Shown here: piece after piece, positions 35,225 to 48,162 of the stretch
Position numbering within the stretch: position 1 is the first letter of the stretch
Layout of the letters: each line of letters opens with the position of its first letter
Source: Azolla caroliniana
Taxonomy: Eukaryota > Plantae > Polypodiophyta
DNA length: 64,000 nt
NCBI GenBank assembly: GCA_043228905.1
Contig: JBHGNT010000001.1
Span: 5,766,001 to 5,830,000 of the forward strand
Direction: 5' to 3'
The notes under the pieces: generated by a model
What the model saw: the letters and a program-made list of their open reading frames with translations, nothing else
The model's database searches: none
Told to the model about the DNA's origin: nothing
Translations under genes and position numbers: made by a program

Positions 35225-38200
35225 TATTGTGTGAGAGATCACACAATCGTCGAATAATTCTTGATGAACTTGTGTTAAATTCATGAATCTTAAGAAACAT
35301 TGCACATCTTGCACTCAAGATGGTATGCAACAATCAAGAACCATTTGAGCATTCATTGGATCTATAAAGATTCTTCTTTTTAAGATTACATAAGATAGGA
35401 GCATTGTCTCTCCATGTCCATAATTTGGTACCAACATTAAAATAAGGGAAAAGTAAAAAATATCCTTGCGTGTTTTATTTATTTCCGTAAATTTGCCATT
35501 AAGTTCTCCTATAAACCCATAAAAAGAGAGAAAAATGGGATGAATTCATAATATAGTTTGCTGAAATAGCACACATTTTTGAGATCGTCTTAAACAAGCT
35601 TAAATAATATATATGTAATTCATCAAGAGGAGGTTGACCACTTATAAAATATAAATAAAGAAAACTCACCTGCACTTGAGTAAGTTAAAATATAAAAAGT
35701 CACTTCAATTCATAGACCAAATATAAGTTTTCTTTTTCACATGTTTACAAAGTCGTTCCCGATTTTATTATAATTTATTACATATGAAAGATTGAAAGTT
35801 TTAATGGAAATAAAATATTTGCCTATGGTGTTACTCAAAAGAGGGATGGATTTAAAATAAAGTTAAGAGTGGGATCGGTTGACCTCTCTCATCATTAAAA
35901 TGTGATTTTGGATGTTGATTTTGTTTAAAATCTTTTTATTTGTCTTTGGCATGCATTTTGGTAATATAAACTTATTGTCTTTATCATGTATTGACATAGA
36001 TAGTGCATTTCAATGGACTACGTAATGTTGCGTTCATACATAGGTGGTTCGTGAAGTTCTAGAACATGGCTTTTGTAATATTGTGTCAATGACGCAACAT
36101 GCACCTCCACAACGTGACATTGTTGTTTTTGCATATGTCTTAATGGTAAAACCAATCTTTTCTTTTTCTGATGTATATAATGAGGACATACTTATGACAC
36201 TTACAATGATGTAAAAAGTTGAATGTACACATTTACTTGTCGATTGCATTCGATAATTCCAAGCCTCTCATCATGTGTACATCATTCAATATGTTTTCTA
36301 ATTGTATGCACTTATCATTCATTTTTAAAGTTTGCCTACTGTTGACAAATTAAAACATTTACTACATGCATTGTAGATTCATGACCTTTTTATTGTTGAA
36401 CCTTTACATCTTCAACCCTCCAATCGTAAAGTGTTGTTCAATATTATGCTATTCATAGTACGTAAGCCACATTGTTTAAATAAATGGTCAACATATACAC
36501 ACACAAATAGACTATTCATATAAGACCCCAAACTTCTGAGGGTTTGACATGATACATGTGACTTTAAACCAAGAGCATCTTTTCCATGAATGTGTACTTA
36601 ACAAAACAAAAAAAAAGTGTTTGTGTTTCATGGGAGCTATTCATTATTGTGTAAAGAAATAGGAATCCATGTGAATTGACTCCATTGATTATCATATTGA
36701 CTTTTGTGTTTCATGATAATGCCCATAATCTAGGATATTGAGCACTAGGTTAAAATGCCTTTTCTTTGATCCTTAATAGATTAGGTGAAACATAAGTGAG
36801 ATCTAGTAATATACAACATGTTAGGTGACCATGAACTCACCATTAGACGAGATCTATCATATAGTCCATTTGCATAAACCTACAATCGAGTCTAGTAAGT
36901 GAAATAAAAGTGACACCACTTAAATATACATTGGTTGTAGGATATTGTTCATACTCATGTTTATGATATTCCATTTAAAAAGGAAATTCATCAAAAGTAA
37001 TAATTAGTTAGTTCAAGCCTGAATATTGTCACTTCATTGATTTTTTAGGTCAAAAAGGTTCAAAAATGAAAATAAAGCAATGGAGGGTATAGGGGGCTGA
37101 TAAAGCTTATATTTTAAATCTTATATAGCATGACCCCAAACCCAAAAAACCCAAAAACCTAAACCTTCTGTTGTAGATCCATTTCTCTTTATTCTTAGTG
37201 CTAGAACCTTTTACCGTTTTCATTACAGTCCAAAACTCCAACAATATAATCATCGGAATTTCCAACACTTTTTTGATACTATTCGTTATTGTCCACATTA
37301 CTACAAAGGTGCAAGAATTTTCAGGAATTTTGCTTAGAGCTAGAATTTCCGACAGTTTTCATCAATGCTAGAATTTCCCACAATATAAAATAATGTTGGA
37401 AATTGTTGCACTCTCGTGACATACTTTGGTACAATGATAGAATTTTGTTGCATGTATTTCAGAATTGTCAAAACTACTCATTGGTATTTCATTGTAGTGA
37501 AGGTGGAACTTTAGATTGGGAGAATGTTTGTGATTGGTTTCTTTCTTCCTTCCATAAACCACACAAGCCCCATACTACTATATTGGTTTCAATCAAAATT
37601 TGGAGAAACAATCTAGAAATAGTTGTGATGGTGGATCCTTTGAATAATATGGTTTGACAATATGACATTGCAAGTTTCAACTTTCAAGTACGCATAAAGC
37701 ACATTTGTATGATTTATAGTATGTAGAAATTTGATATGATAGTGACCAAGCTAAAGGTAACTTCACATGTCCAATATTCTTGCTTTATATTATGCCAATC
37801 TCATAAATCAATGATATCTCTAATTTTAATCTTGAGTGGGTGAGCATTAGATTTGTGTGGAAAATAAATAGTACTAAGTATTATGGACCACCAACTTGCT
37901 TGTCATTTTGCCAATAAGAAAGTGGCCAAGCAATAGATCATATCTGAAAAATGTACATGAACGTATTATCTTAAGAGAGAGATCATGCTGATTGGTTCTC
38001 TTGTTTGGAATAGTGAGGGAGGTCTCTCATTGCATGCAAAGTTGGATTCAATAGTTGCAAACAAAGTAGACAAATATATATACATATAGCCTATAGGCAT
38101 GTGACTCTTAAATAATGATAGATCAAGTGTTGCCAATATTGGTAAGAAGCTACCTTTGATAAGAGGGTACTGATTTTACCACTATTGGAATATAATTTAA

Positions 38201-39101
38201 AGTTGGTGACAACAAAATTAAAGATATTTCATTTTCATTCTATATATAAATATGATTAAACAAGATTTATTGGAACAAGATCCTATTTTTTTAAGATGAT
38301 TGGCTTTATACATCACATAAGAAATTATTTAACATGATCTACCTATCCTATACTTGTCTCTTTTATACTACATATAAGAAGGTTGGAGTTTGCATATTTG
38401 GTTTGCAATATTTTTGTTGAGAAGCAAAACACAATACTTAATAATGTAAAGTTTAAACCATCTTTACGTGAAATAAACCACATTAAACTGCAAATAAACC
38501 AAATTCCTTGAGAATCCAAGTTCTCAAAATAATATATAGTAAAACCTCCAACGAGCCGACAATTGCAATATAAGTTTCTTCTATGTAATTGTTTGTTTAG
38601 CCAACAAGTTTCTTTGTACGGAACTCGCCTCATAGAAAGCAATGCTTCACACTTAGTGTCTTCCTCACATGAAGACCCCCCTCTTCACACAAATCATTGC
38701 AAGTTTTTCTGCATGCCAAGCAAGCTTTCTTCACATTGACTCTTCCTTGCTCATACAATCTAACAATGATTTTAAAAAATTCAATTGGAGTAAAAGCAAA
38801 TTCAATTTATGTTTCTTTTTCCCTTCTAAACATGTTCGATTTTAATAATATATTTTCAAGTTAGAATCTCTAAGGAATTCGAGTTAATTTTGCACTCCCC
38901 AAATGTAACTTACTCTCTCTGTAGAAAAATCTAGCTCAGTTCAGCTAAGAAGTTGCCAACTCTCTATCATCAATTGTATGAGGCTCACGTGGAGGGTATG
39001 TTGTCGAGTAATATCGAATAATGTTGTGTTTTGGAGTTTCTTTGTTGATTCCTTTACACATGTTGTTTTCTTTTCGACATGCAAGTTGGCATGTAAGATA
39101 T

Positions 39102-42100
39102 TGTCAAGAAGAGAGAAAAAGAGAAGAAAGAGAGAGAAAAAAGGGAAAGAGATACATTGATGAGGCAGAAAGAGAGAATTGAAAAGAAAGTATTGTATTG
39201 CGATATAAGATGGAGTACACAGAATAGGCAATAGGGAGCTATAGGATGGCGTTGAACCAATTTGGTTCTTGGATGGTTGATAGTTCCTTATTTATAACTC
39301 TCTATAGAGTAATCTAGAACACTCTAGAATATTCTGGGGTAATCTAGTAATCTAGAAGGTTTATAGAGTATTCTAGAAGGTTCTAGCGTATAGAACACTC
39401 TAGAATACTCTAGGACATTCTAGAATATAAAGTAATTCAGAATTTCCTTATGATATTAGATTATATATTCTAAAAACAATAAGCATAAACTTGTTATTAC
39501 AATGGTTGAGGATTTGACATGTGTATAACAGGGTTGTGGTGACCATGTCCGCGACATTGGAAAGATTTGCAGCAGGTTCCCAAGTTCGATCGTTGGGGGT
39601 ATAGCCTAGCCAATCAACGAAATAATACAACTTGTTGCGCACGATTTTAGAACCGAGAATGGCGGCAACCTTAAATTCGGGTCCTTCCAAGAACTCAACT
39701 GGTGGCTGAGGAGCCAAAATACGGCCCGTAATTGAACTGTTGGTGTAAGGTTCTAATAGGGATACGTGGAAGACCGGATGGAGGCGCATGTGTGGAGGGA
39801 GGACAAGACGATATGCAACATCACTTATCTTACCAGTGAACATGTATGGGCCAAAATGTTGGTAATCCAATTTACCACAAGACCGAGTAGTCTTGATGTT
39901 GTGTTGGAGAAGCCATGCACGATCCCCAACACAGAATTTTTTGGAGGAATCGAGGCGATGACGATCCGCAAGCCTCTTGTGTGTAATTTGTGCATCATGT
40001 AAATTGTGAAGAATGGAAACGTGAATTTCTTGGAGGCGACTAAGACGATCCGCAACAGCAGGGTTAGTAGGCACTTGTGGATGTGCATTCATTGTCCACC
40101 GAGGATGGTGGCCCGTATTTGCGAAAAATGGGGAATAACCCATATGGACCGAGTTGTTGTAAGCGAATTTAGCCAAGTGCAGAAAATCAACCCAATCATC
40201 TTGTTGGTAGTTGATGAAACAACGAAGATATTGCTCCAATGTCTGGTTGGTACGCTCAGTTTGGCCGTTAGTCTCAGGATGATAGCCCGAAGAAAGCTTA
40301 GCTGAAATTCGGAGAAGTTTGAGGATATGCTTCCAAAACTTGGAAATAAATTGTGGACCCCGATCACTAATAATATCATCTGGAAGACCATGGTGCTTAA
40401 ATACCTCCCGCATAACTAGATCGACCACCTCTTGACTAGTAATAGACTTCGTACATGGCACGAAATGTCCCATTTTGGTAAGTCGATCAACCACTGTGAG
40501 AATTGCATCATAACCTTTTGAAACTGGGAGATCGGTAATGAAATCCAAGGATATAGACTTCCAAGGATTTTCCGGAATGGGAAGTGGTTGTAGTAAGCCA
40601 TAGGATCGGTGTCAAGGACTCTTTGATCGACAACAGGTATCAGAACTGCGAACATACTCCTCAACAAAATGACGAAGGCGAGGCCACCAATATTGTCGAG
40701 AAACTAATTCTAGAGTTTTGCGAACTCCAAAATGTCCAGTCATTGGTGAGTCATGGCAATGTTGTAGAACTTGTAGTCGTGGGGGACCATCAGGAGCATA
40801 CAATAGGTTTTGTCGAAATAGAAAACCACCATGCCAATAGAACAAACGATAGTCATGTTGAGGGTTTTTCGACTACGAACTAGAAGCACGATCTGGGACA
40901 ATATGATCCAAAACCTCCTTGGTAAATTCATCAGTGGCCATATGATCTCGAATGGAATCAAGAAGAGTGGAATCTTCAAGTGTTGTTATGGCATTAACTA
41001 CCATTAATCGTAGGCAATTAGGACCCAAAAGGATTTGTTTTTGATGCTCAAATGCAAGTTCCCCTGGACGAAGTTCCATATAAGAGCGTCGAGAAATCGT
41101 GTCTGATTTACCTTGTTGCATCCCAGGGCGATATATGATTACAAAGTCAAAGTGACTCAAAAATTGTGCCCACCGGGCTTGTCACTGACTCAATACTTGA
41201 GCATTTTGGAAATATGTCAAGTTCTTATGATCATTGTAGACAATGATCTGCTGAGAAGAGTCTTCTAGAAAACGTCGCCATTATAGATAAAAGTCCACGA
41301 TTGCAAGAAGTTCTTTGTCATGGATCTCGTAGTTGATCTCTGCAGTTTCAAATTTCCGGGAATGAAAGGCGATAGGATGTAGCTCTCCGTCATCTCCAGT
41401 CTGCGACAAGACACTTCCTAGTGCAAAATCGGATGCATCAGCTTCAAGGATGAAGCGTTTTGTTGGGTCGACATGTGCTAAGATCGGTGTCGTTGTAAAC
41501 GCCTGTTTTAAACTTTCAAATGCCTCGGCTGCATCCGAACTCCAAATGAATGGTTGATTTTTGTGTGTGAGTTGAGTGAGCGAAAGCACGACCTTAGAAT
41601 AATGTTTAATAAATTTCCGATAAAAATTTGCAAACCCGAGAAAACATTGCACGTCGCACACTGAAAGGGGAGTTTGCCACTCTAGAATTGCTTGAACCTT
41701 CATGGGGTCCATAGAAATACCATTTGAGGATACAACGTACCCCAAAAATTCCACTTGATTCTGGCCAAAACTACAGTTCTCTAATTTTGCATAGAGACCA
41801 TATTCTCGTAGCCGACGTAGTACCTGACAAACATGTTCATCATGTTCCTCTTGGGTCTTCGAATAGATCAAAATGTCATCTAGGTAAACTATAGTGAAGA
41901 CATCGAGAAAATCTCAAAAAATATCATTCACCATATGCTAGAAAACTGCAGGTGCATTCGTGAGACCGAATGGCATCGCAATATACTCGAAATGTCCATA
42001 GCGAGTGCGAAAAGCAGTCTTCCATTCATCCCCCGGACGAATCTGAACTAGATTATATGCACCACGAAGGTCCAACTTCGTGAAATATTTTGCTCCACTA

Positions 42101-44211
42101 AGACGTTCCAAAAGATTCGGGATTAACGGTAAAGCATATCGATTCCGGATGGTCACTTTGTTTAGCCCTCGATAATCCACGACCAACCTAAGAGACCCAT
42201 TCTTTTTCTTAACGAAGAAGATAGGTGCACCAGCAGGGGATCTAGAATGCCGAATGAATCCATTTGCGAGATTCTCGTCGATATATTCCCGCAAAGTCTC
42301 TAGCTCTACAGGGGAAAGATTATAAATTGGGCCCCATGGAGGTTCTAAACAAGAGTTGGCTCCAGAATCTAGGAGGGTAGAGGCTAGGACTCGATGACAT
42401 GTAGATGTGGTAAGCTCAACTTGCGTAGAAAAAACTCTACTCACTTGACTTGATAAAATGGAACCACGACTAGGGACTAACTCTACATATCTAGGATGGT
42501 CCAACCAAATGGCTCCTATTTTGGCCGGACTTACTCATTTAACACATCCTCTAATTGACTCAAGACGTCGAACCTATTCTCATGGCATGGACTATTAGGC
42601 TTATTGACATTACTAGAAGTAACAATGGAGCTCAAAGTAGGAATATCATGTGCACTTAATTGGTATACTTGACGTCTAGGTTTATGTGGACAATTCACGA
42701 CTATATGTCTTGGACCACCGTAATATAAACATAGGCAATGCGCCCGACGTCGTTGTTTCTCAGCATCAGATAAAGGCCCTCAACGTTGAGTTGTCTCTAT
42801 TTCCATCAGAGTTGGGCCATCCCTTGTAACGGGTCTGGAAACTTGTGGGGGCATTGCGATTACGGAAGCATACGTTTGTTCTGGTTGGTGGCGTGACATT
42901 TGTTGGCGCTCAGAACGTCGCTCAAAAAGACGATTATCACATCGCACAACTCAACTAATGGCCTCTGTTAGAGACTTCGGATCTTCATGGAAAGTAAGTA
43001 GAAGATCTTTGATGTCATTACGCAAAACTTGACGGAATTGATCCATTAAAGCCGCCTCATCGCAAGGGATATCGCATGCCAAAAGGCGAAAATCAGTTGT
43101 ATACGCTCATGCAGGACGATCTCCTTGCCGGAGTCTTCGAATCTTGTTTATCGTCGTCCTAGTGCTGTCGGTGTCTCCAAAACTAGCCTGAAACTCCTTA
43201 ACAAATGCCTCAAAATCGTCTAGCAATGGTGATTTCTTCTCAAGAAGTGGTGCAAACCATGCTAATGTTGTACCACATAACAAGGTTCCTACTAATCCCA
43301 CACGGGCCATGTCAGTTGGGTACCGATTGGGATGTAACTGAATAACCAAACAGACTTGATTCAAAAAACCTCGAAATAAAGACCTCATACCATCAAATTT
43401 GGCAGGGAGACTAATCTTTGGTTCTCGAGGGGAGTTTTGAGCCCCCGACGCTTGTTCCCGTAATGACAATATAGTAGCCTCGAGTTGGTGAACCCGTTGT
43501 GATAATTCTTCAACTTGTTGAGCTCTTTCGGTACTCACTTGTTGTAGGTCGCCCAATAGCCTTTGATTTTCATGCTCTAATGCCACAAATTTATTCATGA
43601 GCATGTCGAGCTCAGAGAGAACACAGATATATTCTTGTTTGCTCACGAACTCCATGATGAACGAGGGGAGAGGAGAAGAAATAAGAGAACTTGTGGAAGA
43701 GGGAGAAAATGAAGAAAAATTGGTTCAAACTGTCAAGACAAAGAGAAAAAGAGAAGAAAGAGAGAGAAAAAAGGGAAAGAGATATATTGATGAAGCAGAA
43801 AGAGAGAATTGAAAAGAAAGTATTGTATTGCGATATAAGATGGAGTACACAAAATAGGCAATAGGGAGCTATAGGATGGCGTTGAACTAATTTGGTGCTT
43901 GGATGGTTGATAGCTCCTTATTTATAACTCTCTATAGAGTAATCTAGAACACTCTAGAATATTCTGGGGTAATCTAGTAATCTAGAAGGTTTATAGAGTA
44001 TTCTAGAAGGTTCTAGCGTATAGAACACTCTAGAATACTCTAGGACATTCTAGAATATAAAGTAATTCAGAATATCCTTATGATATTAGATTATATATTC
44101 CAAAAACAATACGTATAAACTTGTTATTACAATGGTTAAGGATTTCACATGCGTATAACAAGGTTGTGAGTTCAATTCCTTTCGAGACAAAATATGAGTG
44201 TCGTCATGACA
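39102..44211 (-). mobile_element. Tcn1-like chromovirus (Ty3/Gypsy), degenerate. 5' LTR 43731-44211; 3' LTR 39102-~39538 truncated on its inner side
   Basis: Gag (PAKFDG), partly deleted PR (LLDSGA), RT, RH ([10 protein letters not shown]), INT, chromodomain (YFVDWLGYTPNDRTWEP); flanks GATAT/AATAT; no tRNA PBS. Confidence 0.92.
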
Positions 44212-44892
44212 AATATGAGTTGTATATTATACTATGTACATTGCCTTAACTAATGGAAGTAGTTTTTTTTGGAAAAAAAACAACTAGTGTTGCAACTTAT
44301 TCTTACAGAGAAAAAACCTTCGAGAATGATAACCCGTACATATCGGTGGGTTCATTTAGTCCCTGGGGTAGTGTATTCTACGGTAGATTGAGGAGCATTT
44401 GTGGGAACTTGTCATTGTTTTTTTTTTTTCAAAACAAAAGATCTCTCCATTAGTTTTAAAAAAGGCATATTAGCTACAACCTACAAAATAGATGGAAAAG
44501 AAACGATTATCCTTCCCAAGCCCGTCTTGCGTAAGACAATGGCTAACCATGGATCCTTCGTTTAACTGAGATCCATCGCAAAATCTAATTTAATTTCAGT
44601 ATGTAGTACCAATTCTCCCATGTTGCCACATGCTTTCAACATACCAAAAAATGTCATCAAATTAGGTAAGAGACCTTAGACAAGCATTCGAGGATAGAGT
44701 TGTATAGCATCCTCATTCTTATCATGCTCAATATAGCCTAATAACATGGCAGTCCATTGTACCACATCTCCAACCAGCAATCAATAATAAAAAATATCTC
44801 AGGCTTTAATTATTGCTCCACATTTATAGTACCAACAAAAGGATCTTTTTCCAATCCTTCTTTTGCATTCACCAAAGCATTGTTAAACACGA

Positions 44893-45176
44893 TGTCACGA
44901 ACACACCAACCACGGACTCGAATAGAGCACATATGATGGGGATAATAGTGTGGAACTTAAGAAGCTTGGAATGACACAAGAGCATGAAGACAGAGATAAA
45001 GATCAAAGAGACAAGATGGGGTGAAACGAGAACACTAGATTGCTGTATCAATGATTGGTGTTGAATCCCCTGAAACGAGAACACTAGATTGCTGTATCAA
45101 GGAGGTTACAAGTATTTATACAAGTTTTGAAATTGAGTATCTCTAGAATATACCTGACAAATACCTCTACACGACA
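44893..45176 (-). mobile_element. Solo LTR (internally deleted) of the same family as 45413-47163
   Basis: TGTCAC...ACGACA ends; perfect TSD CACGA. Confidence 0.85.
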
Positions 45177-45412
45177 CACGATATCCTCCTCCATGAAGAG
45201 ACATTTATTTATACTCTCATCATGAATTTTTTCCTCTTTTACAATAGATCCAGTGTTTCCACAACCCATCAGGATGCAAATATATGTGATCATATTTGGT
45301 GAGACCTATCTAGTGAGAGACCCTCACTTTGCATCTTCTGGAAATAGTTCATCGCTTCGTAACTATTTCTGTGTTGAGCATACCTAGTAATTAGTGATTC
45401 GAAGAGTATAGA

Positions 45413-47163
45413 TGTCATGGACACACCAACCGCAGACTCGGAAAAAGCATGGATGATGGGGCTAAGAGCGTGGAACTTAAGAAGTTGGGAACGACACAAA
45501 AGCATGAAGACAAAGATGAAGAACGAGACAAGATGGAATGGAACAAGAATACTAGATTGATATGTTAATGACTAGTGTTGAATTCCTTCCAACTGGAAGC
45601 ATCACCCGTTTTCGTCGCCGCCCTTGCTTCTAAAGTTACCATCATCACCATCCTTGCTTCTAGAGTTACTGGCATCAACATCCTTGTCTTCAACATCATC
45701 ATTTTCAGCACCTCTTTGCCCAACCTTCATCTTCATCAACACTACTTTTCATGGTCTTTCATTATCATCATTGTTCTACCCTCTTCATTGGCATTGTCAT
45801 AATCCATAGGTATCATTTTGCATCATGATTTTGGTGAGGATTGATTTCGATCTCTCACCTTCATAGTTCTAGTGGGGGTTACAACCACTCACTTTCGTGG
45901 TGGGGATCGAAACTCCACTTTCCTTTGACGAGGATCGATTTTCATCGCTCACCTTCTAGTTCCAGTGGGGGTCAAAACCGCTCACTTTCCTGGTGGGGAT
46001 CATGTCGGTTTCTTGCTAGTGCTACTGTTTGTGCTGTGTTTTGGGTCAACCTTGACTATTTACCCTCTCATGATAGAAGAATTCAAGTCGACCGCTTCAC
46101 TTGTACTACTTCGCTCGTTGTTGTTCTAGTTCCCCGTGAGGGCCGCACATGGTTGCTCACGCCCGTTGGTGTTCTAGTTCCTGGTTTAGGGCCACACATG
46201 GTCGCTCACACCCATTGGTATTCGTGTTTCGAGCAAGGACCGCACATGGTCGCTCATGCTTGTTGGTGTTCTAGTTCCCGGTGAGGATCGTACATGGTCG
46301 CTCACGTTTGTTGGTGTTTGTGTCTCCGGTGAGGACTACACATAGTCGTTCACATTCATTTGTGCTCCAATTCCCGCTCACCCCTACACCACGCTTTCGA
46401 AAAGGCAAGGGAGGATAATTTCATGACACAATGACATAAAATACATAGTTTGTGAGGATTGAACCTGCAACCTCACATCAACAAAATGTCATGCTCAAGC
46501 ATTTGGATATGAATATGTATTTGTATATAATATTTCAATATTATATAGTCTAGCATATATAGTACATTCCAGAATATTCTAGCCTAAGTTAGTATATTCT
46601 AGAAATATTCTATGGTGTATTCTAGACGGGTATATTCTAGAGATATTCAATGTCAGAACTTGTATAATACTTGTAACCTCCTTGTTCCCTTTCAAGGGAT
46701 TCAACACCAGTCATTGACATATCAATCTAGTACTGTCACTGACACACCAACAGCTGACCCAAACGGAGCACGGATGATGGGGCTAAGAGAGTGGAACTTA
46801 AGAAGCAGGGAACGACACAAGAGCATGAAGACAGAGATGAAGAACGTGACAAGATGGAATGGAACAAGAATATTAGATTGCTGTTTCAATGACTAGTGTT
46901 GAATCCCTTGAAAGGGACCAAGGAGGTTACAAGTATTTATAAAAGTTCTGAGATTGAATATCTCTAGAATATACCCGTCTAGAATACACCATAAAATATT
47001 TTTAGAATATTCTGGAATGTATTATATGCTAGACTATACAATACTGAACTATTATATACAAATACATGCTCATATCCAAATGGTTGAGCATGACATTTTG
47101 TCGACATGAGGTTGTAGGTTCAATCTTCACCAACTATGTATTTTATGTCACTAGGTCATGACA
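45413..47163 (-). mobile_element. Non-autonomous LTR element (TRIM-like) with an inverted internal segment
   Basis: TSD ATAGA; full LTR 46734-47163; LTR part 45413-45590 in the same orientation and LTR part 46420-46732 inverted and preceded by a PPT; ~50-bp tandem repeats 46110-46380; no recognisable coding domain. Confidence 0.8.
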
Positions 47164-48162
47164 ATAGAGTCCTAACAAGAAGCTCACAATGCACTTTTTG
47201 TGCTTTTTCAAGCATACCATAGTTGACATACATATCTACCGACGCCTTGCCCAACATAACATCCTTCTCACAAATCCCCTTCTAATAATCTGAGCATGAC
47301 TTTGAAATAAACAAATACCTTATCACAATTGTGAAATTTAGTATAACCAGTGCACAATGCATTCCAAGAGACTACAAATCGAGCAGGAACATGGTCCAAA
47401 AACCTACTTGAGAAGTTTCAAGTAATCCAAATGTTGCATACATATCAATGAGCATATTACTGATTACAAGATCATGTTTTAAACCTTGTTTGCATATACT
47501 GTTGTGCACTTCTTGTCCTTTTTCTACTGCTGGAATACTGGCCATGGCATTTAGAGATATACCTTCTGAATGCCTACGTGAGCGGCATATAAGACCATCC
47601 TCCCCACACTCATTTCTAGCATATCCTGAAATCAGTGTTGTCCAAGAGACTATATTTTATAATGGAAGTCTTTTGAACACATTGACTACCTCTACAAAAA
47701 AGCCATATTTTGTATACATATTCAACAAGGTAGTATACCTGTTTCAATATCATCATTGTTATTTTAAAGATTGAAGTTGAAGGTTAACAATGAAGATTGA
47801 GCAACATGTTCTTCATTTTTAGGTAAAGTTAAAGTTGAAGAGTTAAATGCATTTGCATAAGTAGTTTCAAAGGTTTGTAATGGCAACAAACATTTTTCAT
47901 TTACTACAATGTTATTATTTTATTTGCTAATTTTCTTATATTATAGAGCCTACATGTAGTTTCTTATCAATATTATTATAGAGGTTGCATGATGTTGTTA
48001 TCCTTGAGGTAGCCACATTAGGTGTTCTTTTGAAGAAATAATGTTTGCCTAAGACCTTAAAAACCACTCTTGAAGTTAGGTACAAATTTCTTTTTTTTCT
48101 TTTTTTCTTTTTTCCAAAAAAAAACTCCTTCCATTAGTTATAAAATTTTACAAATGAGACGA

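Larger units (their letters stand above)
44560..47760 (-). pseudogene. PLS-class pentatricopeptide repeat (RNA-editing factor type) pseudogene broken by LTR insertions
   Basis: DVVQWTAMLLGYIEH...TFFGMLKACG (44620-44770), YAQH..EAMNYFQKMQSEG and TYICILMGCG (45230-45400), VDMYVNYGMLEKA (about 47200-47245), IVSWTTLISGYA (about 47615-47655); stops and frameshifts. Confidence 0.8.

Noticed and set aside
38343-38760. Possible DYW domain (WHAEKLA-like string) or a Cys-containing exon
   Set aside because: The motif is short and in a frame with stops; an alternative frame reads equally well; no family could be assigned
44262-44530. T-tract-led segments resembling LINE 3' ends
   Set aside because: Similarity to 48087-48150 is short and no TSD or coding remnant could be confirmed
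46110-46380. CRISPR-like look of regular repeats (also 8000-8236, 32701-32866, 58615-58745)
   Set aside because: Head-to-tail degenerate units without unique spacers, no cas genes, eukaryotic TE context
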